54,756 nt of DNA, taken from IMG/VR virus record IMGVR_UViG_3300020173_000001, positions 1-54,756 of that record, one strand, 5' to 3'. Of this stretch, positions 35,130 through 43,700 are shown one piece after another. Under the pieces are notes generated by a model. The model worked only from the letters and a program-made list of their open reading frames with translations. It was not told where the DNA came from and did no database searches. How positions within the stretch are numbered: the first letter of the stretch is position 1; the number at the start of each line of letters is the position of its first letter. The translations under genes and the position numbers were made by a program. The DNA is from a virus (taxonomy: Duplodnaviria; Caudoviricetes).

Positions 35130-35852
35130 TTAAGAAACCCTAATAGTGTTATAAGAAGAGTTTGTTTGATTTATTACAGTCGATCTTAAATAGTCATAAC
35201 GATTAATATAAAGACTGCGAAGTTGTTTGATTTCAGAATCAAAACGTTGTTGAATCATTGCAGCTTCTTGACCTTCACCTCTAAACATATAAGCAAAGTG
35301 CATTGCACCATTAGTAATCATGTATCTAAATTGTTCTGGTATTGATGGTACGTCTGTAGCATTAATAAGATCTACAGGTAATCTATAGTACTCATAAACT
35401 AATTCGTAGGCATTGTCTGGGGGAGATACCACACCAAACTCTTGGTCAGGTGTTCTAAAAACATATTCAGGAAGTCTTCTAATGCTTGTGTCAGTATCAT
35501 ACTCATAGTCAATATACTTATCTAAATACTCTTCATAAGAAATTAAACGCAATCTTTTAGTTGAATTGTTAAAACTAGTATTACGTTTAATACGAAAGCT
35601 ATCCATATCAAGTGTTTTAGCATCTGAAGGATAAGCATAACGTATTGTACCAGCAGTTAATGTTTCTTCTGCTTCTACATGATTAAAAGGCCATTCGTAT
35701 TCATGTTGATTAATATAACGAATAGCAGAGTTTACTGCATCTTTAATCATACTGTATTCACCAGTAGCATTAGCAAAGTTACTTGAGGTAAGCTCAACTT
35801 CATTAAGCCTTCGGTTTACGTCATTTACTAGACCAAGATAATCATAAGCCAT
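35130..35852 (-). CDS. Tail adaptor / tubular protein A
   Basis: YLGLVNDVNRRLNE, WPF, DVPSIPEQF motifs; position. Confidence 0.75.
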   Translation of the reverse strand: MAYDYLGLVNDVNRRLNEVELTSSNFANATGEYSMIKDAVNSAIRYINQHEYEWPFNHVEAEETLTAGTIRYAYPSDAKTLDMDSFRIKRNTSFNNSTKRLRLISYEEYLDKYIDYEYDTDTSIRRLPEYVFRTPDQEFGVVSPPDNAYELVYEYYRLPVDLINATDVPSIPEQFRYMITNGAMHFAYMFRGEGQEAAMIQQRFDSEIKQLRSLYINRYDYLRSTVINQTNSSYNTIRVS

Positions 35853-36200
35853 TTAACGTTCCTTTACCCGTAACTTAATACTGCGTTCTGCTTGACTACC
35901 TGTGCTATCAATCATATTACAGAAAAAAGTATATTCAATGTTATTTGTACCACCACCAATATTAATAGTAGCTACAGTATTAGTATTTGTTTGTGACACG
36001 TTTTGTATATCATCAGTAGTTGCAGAACTAGAAGCAACAGTAAGTGTTTGTCCTGCACCTAGTGTAGTCTTAGTATTATAAGCAGTACTTTTTACAGACC
36101 ATGTAACAGTACTAATAGTAGCACTACCAAGAAAACGTGACCAATCTACACTGTAATCTAGTTGTTCATCAGGGTCTTTATTAGGCCAACGAAAACTCAT
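35853..36200 (-). CDS. Structural protein (fibre-tail adaptor-like, Ig-like)
   Basis: WPNKDPDEQLDYSVDW motif. Confidence 0.65.
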   Translation of the reverse strand: MSFRWPNKDPDEQLDYSVDWSRFLGSATISTVTWSVKSTAYNTKTTLGAGQTLTVASSSATTDDIQNVSQTNTNTVATINIGGGTNNIEYTFFCNMIDSTGSQAERSIKLRVKER

Positions 36201-36202
36201 GT

Positions 36203-36373
36203 TTAATCCTCAGTTGCATATACAGTTCGTTCTGCAGATGTTGCTTGCCGTTCTACAAAAACTATTCTATTTTCTTGTGGTATTCTTACTGTCCTATTTG
36301 TGTCAAAAGCAGGAATAAACACCAATCTATTCTCATCGGGTATACGTACAGTTCTGGATGCTGAAGTAGACAT
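36203..36373 (-). CDS. 56-aa tandem-repeat protein (not in ORF track)
   Basis: GAGG RBS, TAATG overlap; RTVRIPDENRLVF / RTVRIPQENRIVF. Confidence 0.7.
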   Translation of the reverse strand: MSTSASRTVRIPDENRLVFIPAFDTNRTVRIPQENRIVFVERQATSAERTVYATED

Positions 36374-37206
36374 TACGCTGCCTCTGCTATATATACTGTA
36401 CGTCTACGGCTATACTGTTCTCTTACAGCTTGGAAGTCAAATACTACTGCAGTTGTAGTTATTGTACCTAATGAACTTGTAGCTGGTACTGCAGTTAAAG
36501 GCTGTAGTACATGTACAGTTATACCAGTCACTGCACCTGTAGCACTTACACCAGTAATGTCTTCTGTTGTTTGTGCTTCTATCTCGCCAAGTGTTGTAGT
36601 ACCTTGAACACCAACTAAACTTACAGAAAAACTAATAATTGGCTGTATTGTACCAATAGATACTGTAGCACTTACACCAGTAATATCTTCTTGGATATTT
36701 ACAGATACAGAACCTATTGCACCCGTTGCTGATACACTAGTTAATGCTTCATCTACTTTTTCTTCTAGTGTATTTACTGTACCTGTAGCAGATACCCCAG
36801 ATATTTTTACAGTAATCTTAGGTTCAACAGTACCTACAAAACTTGTAGCACTTACACTATTAAGAACTTCTGTAGGTTTTTCTTCTACAGTATTTACTGC
36901 ACCTGTAGCTTCAACACCTGTTAGTGTTACAGTGTTACTAATAGCTACAGTATTAATTGTACCTGTAGCTGACACACTGTTTAGTAACTCTAGTATATTA
37001 ACCGTAACAGTGTTTATTGTGCCTGTAGCAGATACACTATTAAGTCTTTCGGATACATCAATTTCAAAACCACCAGCACTTACAGACTCAATAGTACCAG
37101 TGGCAGAAACTCCTACTAATGCGACATTAGGTTGTACAATCCCATATCTAGCAGAACCGTATGTACCACTGCCAAAGATTGCATCAGAGGAGTCATAAAA
37201 AGACAT
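36373..37206 (-). CDS. Repeat-rich fibre-like structural protein
   Basis: Multiple L(T/N)(S/G)VSATG..(N/G)TV repeats of ~21-24 aa. Confidence 0.7.
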   Translation of the reverse strand: MSFYDSSDAIFGSGTYGSARYGIVQPNVALVGVSATGTIESVSAGGFEIDVSERLNSVSATGTINTVTVNILELLNSVSATGTINTVAISNTVTLTGVEATGAVNTVEEKPTEVLNSVSATSFVGTVEPKITVKISGVSATGTVNTLEEKVDEALTSVSATGAIGSVSVNIQEDITGVSATVSIGTIQPIISFSVSLVGVQGTTTLGEIEAQTTEDITGVSATGAVTGITVHVLQPLTAVPATSSLGTITTTAVVFDFQAVREQYSRRRTVYIAEAA

Positions 37207-37208
37207 AC

Positions 37209-37646
37209 CTATGCGATACGAATAACCGCATTAGAAGCATCTGCAGCAGGAAACTCAATAGTAAGATCACCTGCAGTAGCACTTACTGTGCCACCAAAAT
37301 CAATTACAGCAATAGCTTTATTTGACTGACCTGCATTATAGATAATACAACCGTCTGCTGAGGTTGTAACATTTGCAAATACTTCATCCGCAAAATCTAC
37401 AATAGCTGTAGATCCAGATAAACTAATTGTTGCAGAGTCTAATACTTGACCACCTGCGCTGTAGTTTGTTCCTGATGCTTCGTCAGAGTTACCTGTAACA
37501 TCTGAATAGTTAGTTGTAGAAGCATTATATGTTCCCGAAGGAGATGCTTTAATTAGTGCAAGTTTAATACTATCGGTATCTAAGTCATGGATACCACCAA
37601 GTAACTCTTGTTTAAAACTGTTGCACATTGCAGTTGTAATAGCCAT
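37209..37646 (-). CDS. Conserved structural protein
   Basis: MAITTAMCNSFKQELL...VIDFGG...AVIRIA. Confidence 0.7.
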   Translation of the reverse strand: MAITTAMCNSFKQELLGGIHDLDTDSIKLALIKASPSGTYNASTTNYSDVTGNSDEASGTNYSAGGQVLDSATISLSGSTAIVDFADEVFANVTTSADGCIIYNAGQSNKAIAVIDFGGTVSATAGDLTIEFPAADASNAVIRIA

Positions 37647-37659
37647 GATTTGGTTCCTC

Positions 37660-38052
37660 TTAAAAGTCTACACAGTATTCCATTTGTGTTATACTCAATA
37701 CTGTGTCTTTGTCTTGCCATTTAGAAACATATACACATTCTATAGCAGTGTAATTATTTTCTTTAGCATAGTTAAATCTGTTATTCCCTATAGCACAACG
37801 ATATTTTAAATCTGTTTTTACTGCTTTATTAGGGTCTTGTCTTTGTGGTTGTTCTTCATAGTAAGTTAAAAATGTATCTTGACTCCACACTATTGGGGGC
37901 CAAAGCATCCCATTATCATCTATAGATTTTTTAATGGCAGCTAAAAATTTTCTATCTAATAGTGCAGCTTCATCTATTTCTGAATACACTTCATTTAAAT
38001 TAAATAGTTTAGTGGCCCAACCATTAATTTTATTTTTAGCTTTGAGTATCAT
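37660..38052 (-). CDS. ParB/sulfiredoxin-like N-terminal domain protein
   Basis: IKKSIDDNGMLWPPIVW...YRCAIGNNRF..AKE...IECVY; likely ATG 38052. Confidence 0.55.
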   Translation of the reverse strand: MILKAKNKINGWATKLFNLNEVYSEIDEAALLDRKFLAAIKKSIDDNGMLWPPIVWSQDTFLTYYEEQPQRQDPNKAVKTDLKYRCAIGNNRFNYAKENNYTAIECVYVSKWQDKDTVLSITQMEYCVDF

Positions 38053-38062
38053 TAGATAGCCT

Positions 38063-38090
38063 AAAGGGGCCACTTGAAAGCAGCCCCTAA
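38063..38090 (-). terminator. Terminator after the capsid/decoration genes
   Basis: Minus strand ggggctgct-ttca-agtggcccc followed by ttt. Confidence 0.65.
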
Positions 38091-38096
38091 AGTTAT

Positions 38097-38510
38097 TTAT
38101 GCAAGCAGATCACGATCTACTTCTGCAGCAGCACCTGTAGCGCCCATTGGGGCATATACTACAAAGAACTGGAAAGAACCTGCTGATGGAGCATTTGAAC
38201 CTGCAAGCAATGCAGTAATAGTCGTGTCAGCAGTTGTGACATTTGTAATGCCGTTTACTGTGGTAGTAGTGGCACCTAATGTTTTAGCACCATTAATATC
38301 AGCAGTACCAAGCATATCAACGTCACCGCCTGTTACACCAAAACTTACTGCATTAGCACCACCAATAGTGGCTGCAGCAGTACACTCAGCGCCAGCAGCA
38401 AGAACCACACAATTGTTTGGAACTGTACCGATATCGTGAGTTGAGCTAGTGGTAAGATCACCGTGAGCAATCACGGCAGTCTCAATACGAACTGGAGATT
38501 GTAAAGCCAT
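38097..38510 (-). CDS. Capsid decoration/cement-like protein
   Basis: 137-aa beta-rich ORF right after the capsid gene and before its terminator. Confidence 0.65.
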   Translation of the reverse strand: MALQSPVRIETAVIAHGDLTTSSTHDIGTVPNNCVVLAAGAECTAAATIGGANAVSFGVTGGDVDMLGTADINGAKTLGATTTTVNGITNVTTADTTITALLAGSNAPSAGSFQFFVVYAPMGATGAAAEVDRDLLA

Positions 38511-38524
38511 TGTTTAGTCCTCCC

Positions 38525-39598
38525 TTATGCCAAGTTATATTTGGCGTTGACAAGAGCTTCTGGACGAAGAATCTTGCGACCGTATAGATGCATACCACGA
38601 ACAATGTCAGCGAAGCTGTCAGGGTCACGATAAGTTTCAGTCTTATTGATTTGCTCCGCAGTTGCGACAGCAGAATCATGACCAGCTACGATAACACCGT
38701 AGTTAGTGTTTTGGTTTGCAGTACCTGTAGTACCTGAACCAGTACCAACTGAAGGCAGGTTGCTTGAAGTATATACACGGAAACCGTGGAAGTTATTCAA
38801 GACCAGACCATTGCGTAGTCCACCTGATTCACCGAAGTCTGCGTTAAAGAGGCGTGAATCCTCGTCACGAAGTACTTCCATAAATACTGGATCAACTACC
38901 AGCCAGCGTCCTTGAGTATCAACTTGCTGTTGATCCAAGAGGCGAGCCATACGAGCAACAACCATTGCTGGTGAAGCTGTAGCAGTTGGAAGGGCAGTGG
39001 CACCGGGCAAACGAGCAGCTACTGGAATTGAGTGATCACCAGCTGAAGTCGTTGTAATGTTGCCAAAGTCACCTTTTTTCAGTTTCATGCTTGAAAGCAA
39101 TTCATCTGAACCAGCAGTGGCTACTGCTTTAGTACCGTTTACTTGATCATTAACAGTATCGGCATCTGTGTGCAAAGCTGACTGCTTGTAACCAGCAAGG
39201 TAGCCAAGAACTTCTTGGTCATGCTGATCAGCCAAACGATAAGCTGCACGGTTAGTTGCAAGATCCATAAAGTTCACATGTGAGTGAGCTTCTTCGATAT
39301 CATCAATTTTAAAGGCAAAGTAATTAGCTTTGTCTACAACCAATGAAAAATCTTCATCGTCAAGATCTTGTGCTGAGATATTAGTACCACGAGCATAGCT
39401 GCTCACAGAAATCTCAGGCTCTTTGATAATTTTAACTGTATCACCTTGGGCAGCAATCTCCCCAAAATAATCAGAGTTGGTGATATCACCACATACAGTT
39501 GCTTTACGAAAAGCAAGCTGTACTTTTTTGGAGTAGATTACGGAACTAAAGTTACCGTTAGGTAAGTTACCGTATCCCCCTGCAGTTGTAAAAGCCAT
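38525..39598 (-). CDS. Major capsid protein (HK97 fold, P22-coat-like family)
   Basis: NFSSVIYSKK, TNSDYFGEI..GDTVKI, FADIVRGMHLYGRKILRPE; AGGAGG RBS. Confidence 0.9.
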   Translation of the reverse strand: MAFTTAGGYGNLPNGNFSSVIYSKKVQLAFRKATVCGDITNSDYFGEIAAQGDTVKIIKEPEISVSSYARGTNISAQDLDDEDFSLVVDKANYFAFKIDDIEEAHSHVNFMDLATNRAAYRLADQHDQEVLGYLAGYKQSALHTDADTVNDQVNGTKAVATAGSDELLSSMKLKKGDFGNITTTSAGDHSIPVAARLPGATALPTATASPAMVVARMARLLDQQQVDTQGRWLVVDPVFMEVLRDEDSRLFNADFGESGGLRNGLVLNNFHGFRVYTSSNLPSVGTGSGTTGTANQNTNYGVIVAGHDSAVATAEQINKTETYRDPDSFADIVRGMHLYGRKILRPEALVNAKYNLA

Positions 39599-39802
39599 GA
39601 TAAATCCTCCTGATAGTTGGCTTACTTAAAAGCTAATACCAATAAGAGGCTGATCGTTTTCTAGGGTGCGTAATACTAACAGTCGGCCAACCGTTAGATA
39701 TACGGGCCTATACTTGAACAGGTAGTTCTTTATAGTTTAGACTTTATTGGAAATTGAGTTAAAACAAAAGGTAGTCATAAGAGGCTTTTGTTTCATACTC
39801 CC
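39599..39802 (-). promoter_or_regulatory. Structured ~200-nt 5' leader of the capsid gene
   Basis: Stems aaacaaaag/cttttgttt, ctgt/atag, ctaacggtt/gactgttag; 10-mer direct repeat ataagaggct at 39642 and 39777. Confidence 0.55.
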
Positions 39803-39832
39803 TAGTTATACTATTGATTTTTTATTTGTCAA
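39800..39832 (-). promoter_or_regulatory. Capsid promoter TTGACA-16-TATAACTAGGG
   Basis: Minus strand TTGACA 39832-39827, TATAAC 39810-39805. Confidence 0.7.
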
Positions 39833-39836
39833 TAGT

Positions 39837-40733
39837 TTATCTGGCATTACCAGATACGTCATAGACGAATTTACCATTGCGCATTGCTTTGTTAATTTCG
39901 TCTGCACGTTCTTCAAACTCTTTATCAGACATTCTAGCAACATCTGACTCACGAATCATTTCATTAGCATCAGCTACATCTACTTGTGTTTTACTACGTT
40001 TAGTAACAGTTGATGCTGCTGCTTTTTTGTTTGCTTTTTTAGCTTCTTTAGTAAGACCTTTATCTGATTTATAAAGATCAATAACACGTACTACTGAAGC
40101 TGGATCATCTGCATTTTCATATAGCGCATCTTTAACCCATTTAGGTTGTGCGTCAGCCCAATCATGAAAATCATCTGACTCACGTAACTCATCAAAATCT
40201 GAATGTGATTTACGGATTTCATTTTCAGATTTAATTCGATGAGCTTCTGCATGAGCTTCATCAAGTTGTTTAAGTCGAGTATCAGCTTTATCAAACATTT
40301 CCTGTGCTTTTTTAGTAGCAATAGTTTCTACTATACCAGCTACATCAGGATATTGTTTAGCCCACTCTTCAATATCTTCATCAGACTTAGGTGGTGTAAG
40401 ACTTCCTTTAGCAGATTGTAAACTTTCTAGTTTTTCATCCCACTCTTTTTCTTTTTGTTGCATATGGCGTCTTAGATCACCATAGCGTTTTTTAAAAGAT
40501 TTTTCTTCTGCAGATAACGTTTCTTCTTTAACTTCTGTATCGGCCTCTGCTTCTTGAGTAGTTTCTTCAACTTCTTCGTTTTCATCTACTGGGGTTTCTC
40601 CCCTTGCTTCAGCTTCAAGTTTTTCTATCTCCTTAGCTTCTTCTTCCATTCGTTGCTTACGTTTAGCGTGATTGTATCCACGATCAACGAATCCTGCAGT
40701 TTTTGGTGTTTCCATTTCTGCTAGTTCAGGCAT
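39837..40733 (-). CDS. Capsid scaffolding protein
   Basis: Acidic coiled coil, FKKRYGDLRRH, directly upstream of MCP. Confidence 0.85.
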   Translation of the reverse strand: MPELAEMETPKTAGFVDRGYNHAKRKQRMEEEAKEIEKLEAEARGETPVDENEEVEETTQEAEADTEVKEETLSAEEKSFKKRYGDLRRHMQQKEKEWDEKLESLQSAKGSLTPPKSDEDIEEWAKQYPDVAGIVETIATKKAQEMFDKADTRLKQLDEAHAEAHRIKSENEIRKSHSDFDELRESDDFHDWADAQPKWVKDALYENADDPASVVRVIDLYKSDKGLTKEAKKANKKAAASTVTKRSKTQVDVADANEMIRESDVARMSDKEFEERADEINKAMRNGKFVYDVSGNAR

Positions 40734-40778
40734 GTTATTTCTCCTTATGTTGGGGTCAGCCGTAGCTGAGTAGCCTTA

Positions 40779-43700
40779 TTATTTATTTTTTGGTCTTGAT
40801 ACTAGTCCACCCGTAGCTCTACCACCTGTAGCTTTACCGTATTTTTTTTCAGCTTTTTTAGATCTTTCTCTAGCAGCACTAGTATCTCTAGCAATTCTTT
40901 CAGCTGCACTTTCTCTACGATCTCTTTCTTTTCTAGATGGCTTTAAAATTTCTTCTGTAGATTTAGATCCTTCTAAAGCTTTTTTAACTCTTTCACTAGC
41001 TTCTTTTTGTTTTTCTGTTGGACCTTCTTTTTTAGTTTTTTCTATAATTTTTTTAGCTTCCTCTAAACCACCACCAGTAACATCTCTACCAGTAGAACGT
41101 TTAATTTGTTCAGCGGTTGGAGTTCTATAAGAAGCACCCACATTAAATAGGCTAGTAGGATCTGCTTTTAAAATACCTTTAGCTCCAGCTGCAAGTTGAT
41201 CCCCATCAATCATAAAACTAGGTATCCATTCAAGATTATTTTGTGTTATATACCCATTTAATTGCTCTTGAAGATTTGAAGCAAGTTCAGTAGAACCTTG
41301 AGATTCAAGTATTTTTATATTAGCCGCAATCTGAGCTGCAGTTCCAGCTTTACCTAAAGTTCCAAGAACTGTTCCACCAAAAACTTTATTTACTAAAGCC
41401 TCAATGCTGCCAATTTTTGGACTTTCTAGTGCAGATATAGAACTAGCATATAAGCTTTGATCACTACTATAATTGTAATCTTTTATCCAAGCATTAGGAT
41501 CTGCAGGTTTATCTTGTTCATCACTAATGCTAGGTCCAGTGTCATCTCTTGTAGGTGAAACAGTTGGTAAAGGTACTTCACACATTTTAGTATCGGGATT
41601 ATAAACTAAACCTCTAGCTTTACAAGTCTCTTCACTTTCTACTGGAACTTCAGATTCCGTAGTGCCAATAGCAGTACCACCTGCAGGAGTTTCCCAACTA
41701 AAGTTTGGACTGTAAACATTAGGAGTACTTATAGCTTCTTTAGCTGACATTCCGGGTGGGTTGTAAAAACTAAAATTACTATTGTAAGGAGACATATCTG
41801 TTCCATTAGCTGCACCTGCTGCCATAGGTTGTTGATATTGTGTTTGTTGTTGTTGATATGGATCTGTTGGAACCATACCACCCTGTGCCATCATAATAGA
41901 ATTAATCTCTTGCATTTCTTCTGGAGAAAGATCACCACCCATAGCCATCTGTTGGGGTTGAGGAGGTGTAGGTGCTGGACTGTATGGTGTAGGAGCTTGA
42001 GGCATAGGGGGTTGCATCTGTTGTTGCATCATAGGGGCAGCTTTAGGTCCACCAACAGGAACAGGCTCACCACCGATTCTACCATTAGCCTCCATACTTT
42101 GCAAGCCTTCTTTTGCTTTATTACGTAAATCTTCAAAATGTTTTACACCAAGGTATCTTACGACATCAGCAGGTACAACATATTCACCCTCGGATAGTTG
42201 AGCAGGAATATCATCTCGCACCTCTTTAGCCATAGAGCCATTAGGAATAGGATTACCTGATACTGGGTCTTGTTTCATCCCATCGTCTTTTAGTCCACCT
42301 TGCTGCATAAATGCCATTTCCATTTGTCCATCCATAGTCATTCCACCTTTGTTATAGCTACCCTGTAAATTTAAAGCATAATCTTCATGTTCTTCTGGCA
42401 AAAAAGTTTTAAATATAGGATCAGAGTCTTTATGACTTTGTGCTATTTTATATGCATCACCATCATAAGTAATTCTTCTAATTCCTGCAACATTACTTAT
42501 ATTATAGAGGTGTGGCCTTTCCTCACCTCTAACTATAGTAACACCAACACCGCCTCTTTCAAGATCCCTTTGATTACCACCTACAACATTTATGTAACCT
42601 TCTGCAGCAGTATCTTCTATTCTACCACCAGCATAAAAAGCTACATGGTCAATAGTACCATGACCCTTTTCCCCCGGTTTTTGAAAGTCAAAAAGTACTA
42701 TATCACCTTCTTGTGCACTTTCTAAATCTACAGGTTTACCATAGTTTTTATATTCATTAGCTCTAATTTTATTATATTTAGTTTTTTGTCCTAAAGTATC
42801 TGCGCCCATTTCTGTAAGAATATGATTTACAAAAGCAGCACACCAACTTACTTCTTCACTTGATACATCAAGGCCGTGATTCTCTCCTAAAGCAGTATCT
42901 AAAAAACCTTGTATAGCTTTTAAATCTGTTTGTTGATTTAGTCCAGATATAATTTTAGTTGGCTCTCTAGCACCGCCTTGCTTGCCTCTAATAAGATAAC
43001 CTAACTCTAATATTTTATCTATTGGAGTTCTAGTTTCATAAACATTAGGTAAGCCTTCAGGTCTTAATTTAGGTCTAAGAATTTCTTCAGCTTCTTCTTG
43101 AATATTTTCTGGAAGTTTTAATGTATTAAATTCTTCTTTAGCTTCTGCTTGACGAGTTATTTCTTCTTGCTGTCGCATAGATGCTGCAGGACTATAAGGT
43201 TGTCCTGTTGTTGGATCTATAATAGCAGGATCACCTGCGGTAGGCATACCCATCATTTGTTCTGTTTGAGTTGCAGCTAATCCACCTCTGTTAAATCTAA
43301 ACTGTGGATTATCTGGTAAATCAAAATCTGTAATATCTATTTCTATTCCTACTGAATCTTTATCTTCATAATAAGATATACCCTCTGGATTTTTATTTTT
43401 AAATTTTATTTTACCATTCGTTTCATTATTAAGTGTCCTTAAAACTTTTCTAACCCCATCACTATAAGTATTCTTAGCAGCCTCTAAACTTAAATCATGA
43501 GCTTTAGATATAACTTTAGGAGTAGGAATATATATTTTATTTACCCCGTTATTTTTAGATTCTTTAATTACAGCAAGTAAAGACATCCTAATTGTATCAG
43601 ATAATTTAGCTGGAACTAAATCTTTTTCTATACCAGTATTAATATTTATACCTTTAAAGATGTTTATTAAATCTTCTTTAAATTCATTATCATTTTCTTT

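Noticed and set aside
38776-38788. cacgg-aaa-ccgtg palindrome resembling the dyad
   Set aside because: 3-bp spacer, no flanking consensus, inside the capsid gene
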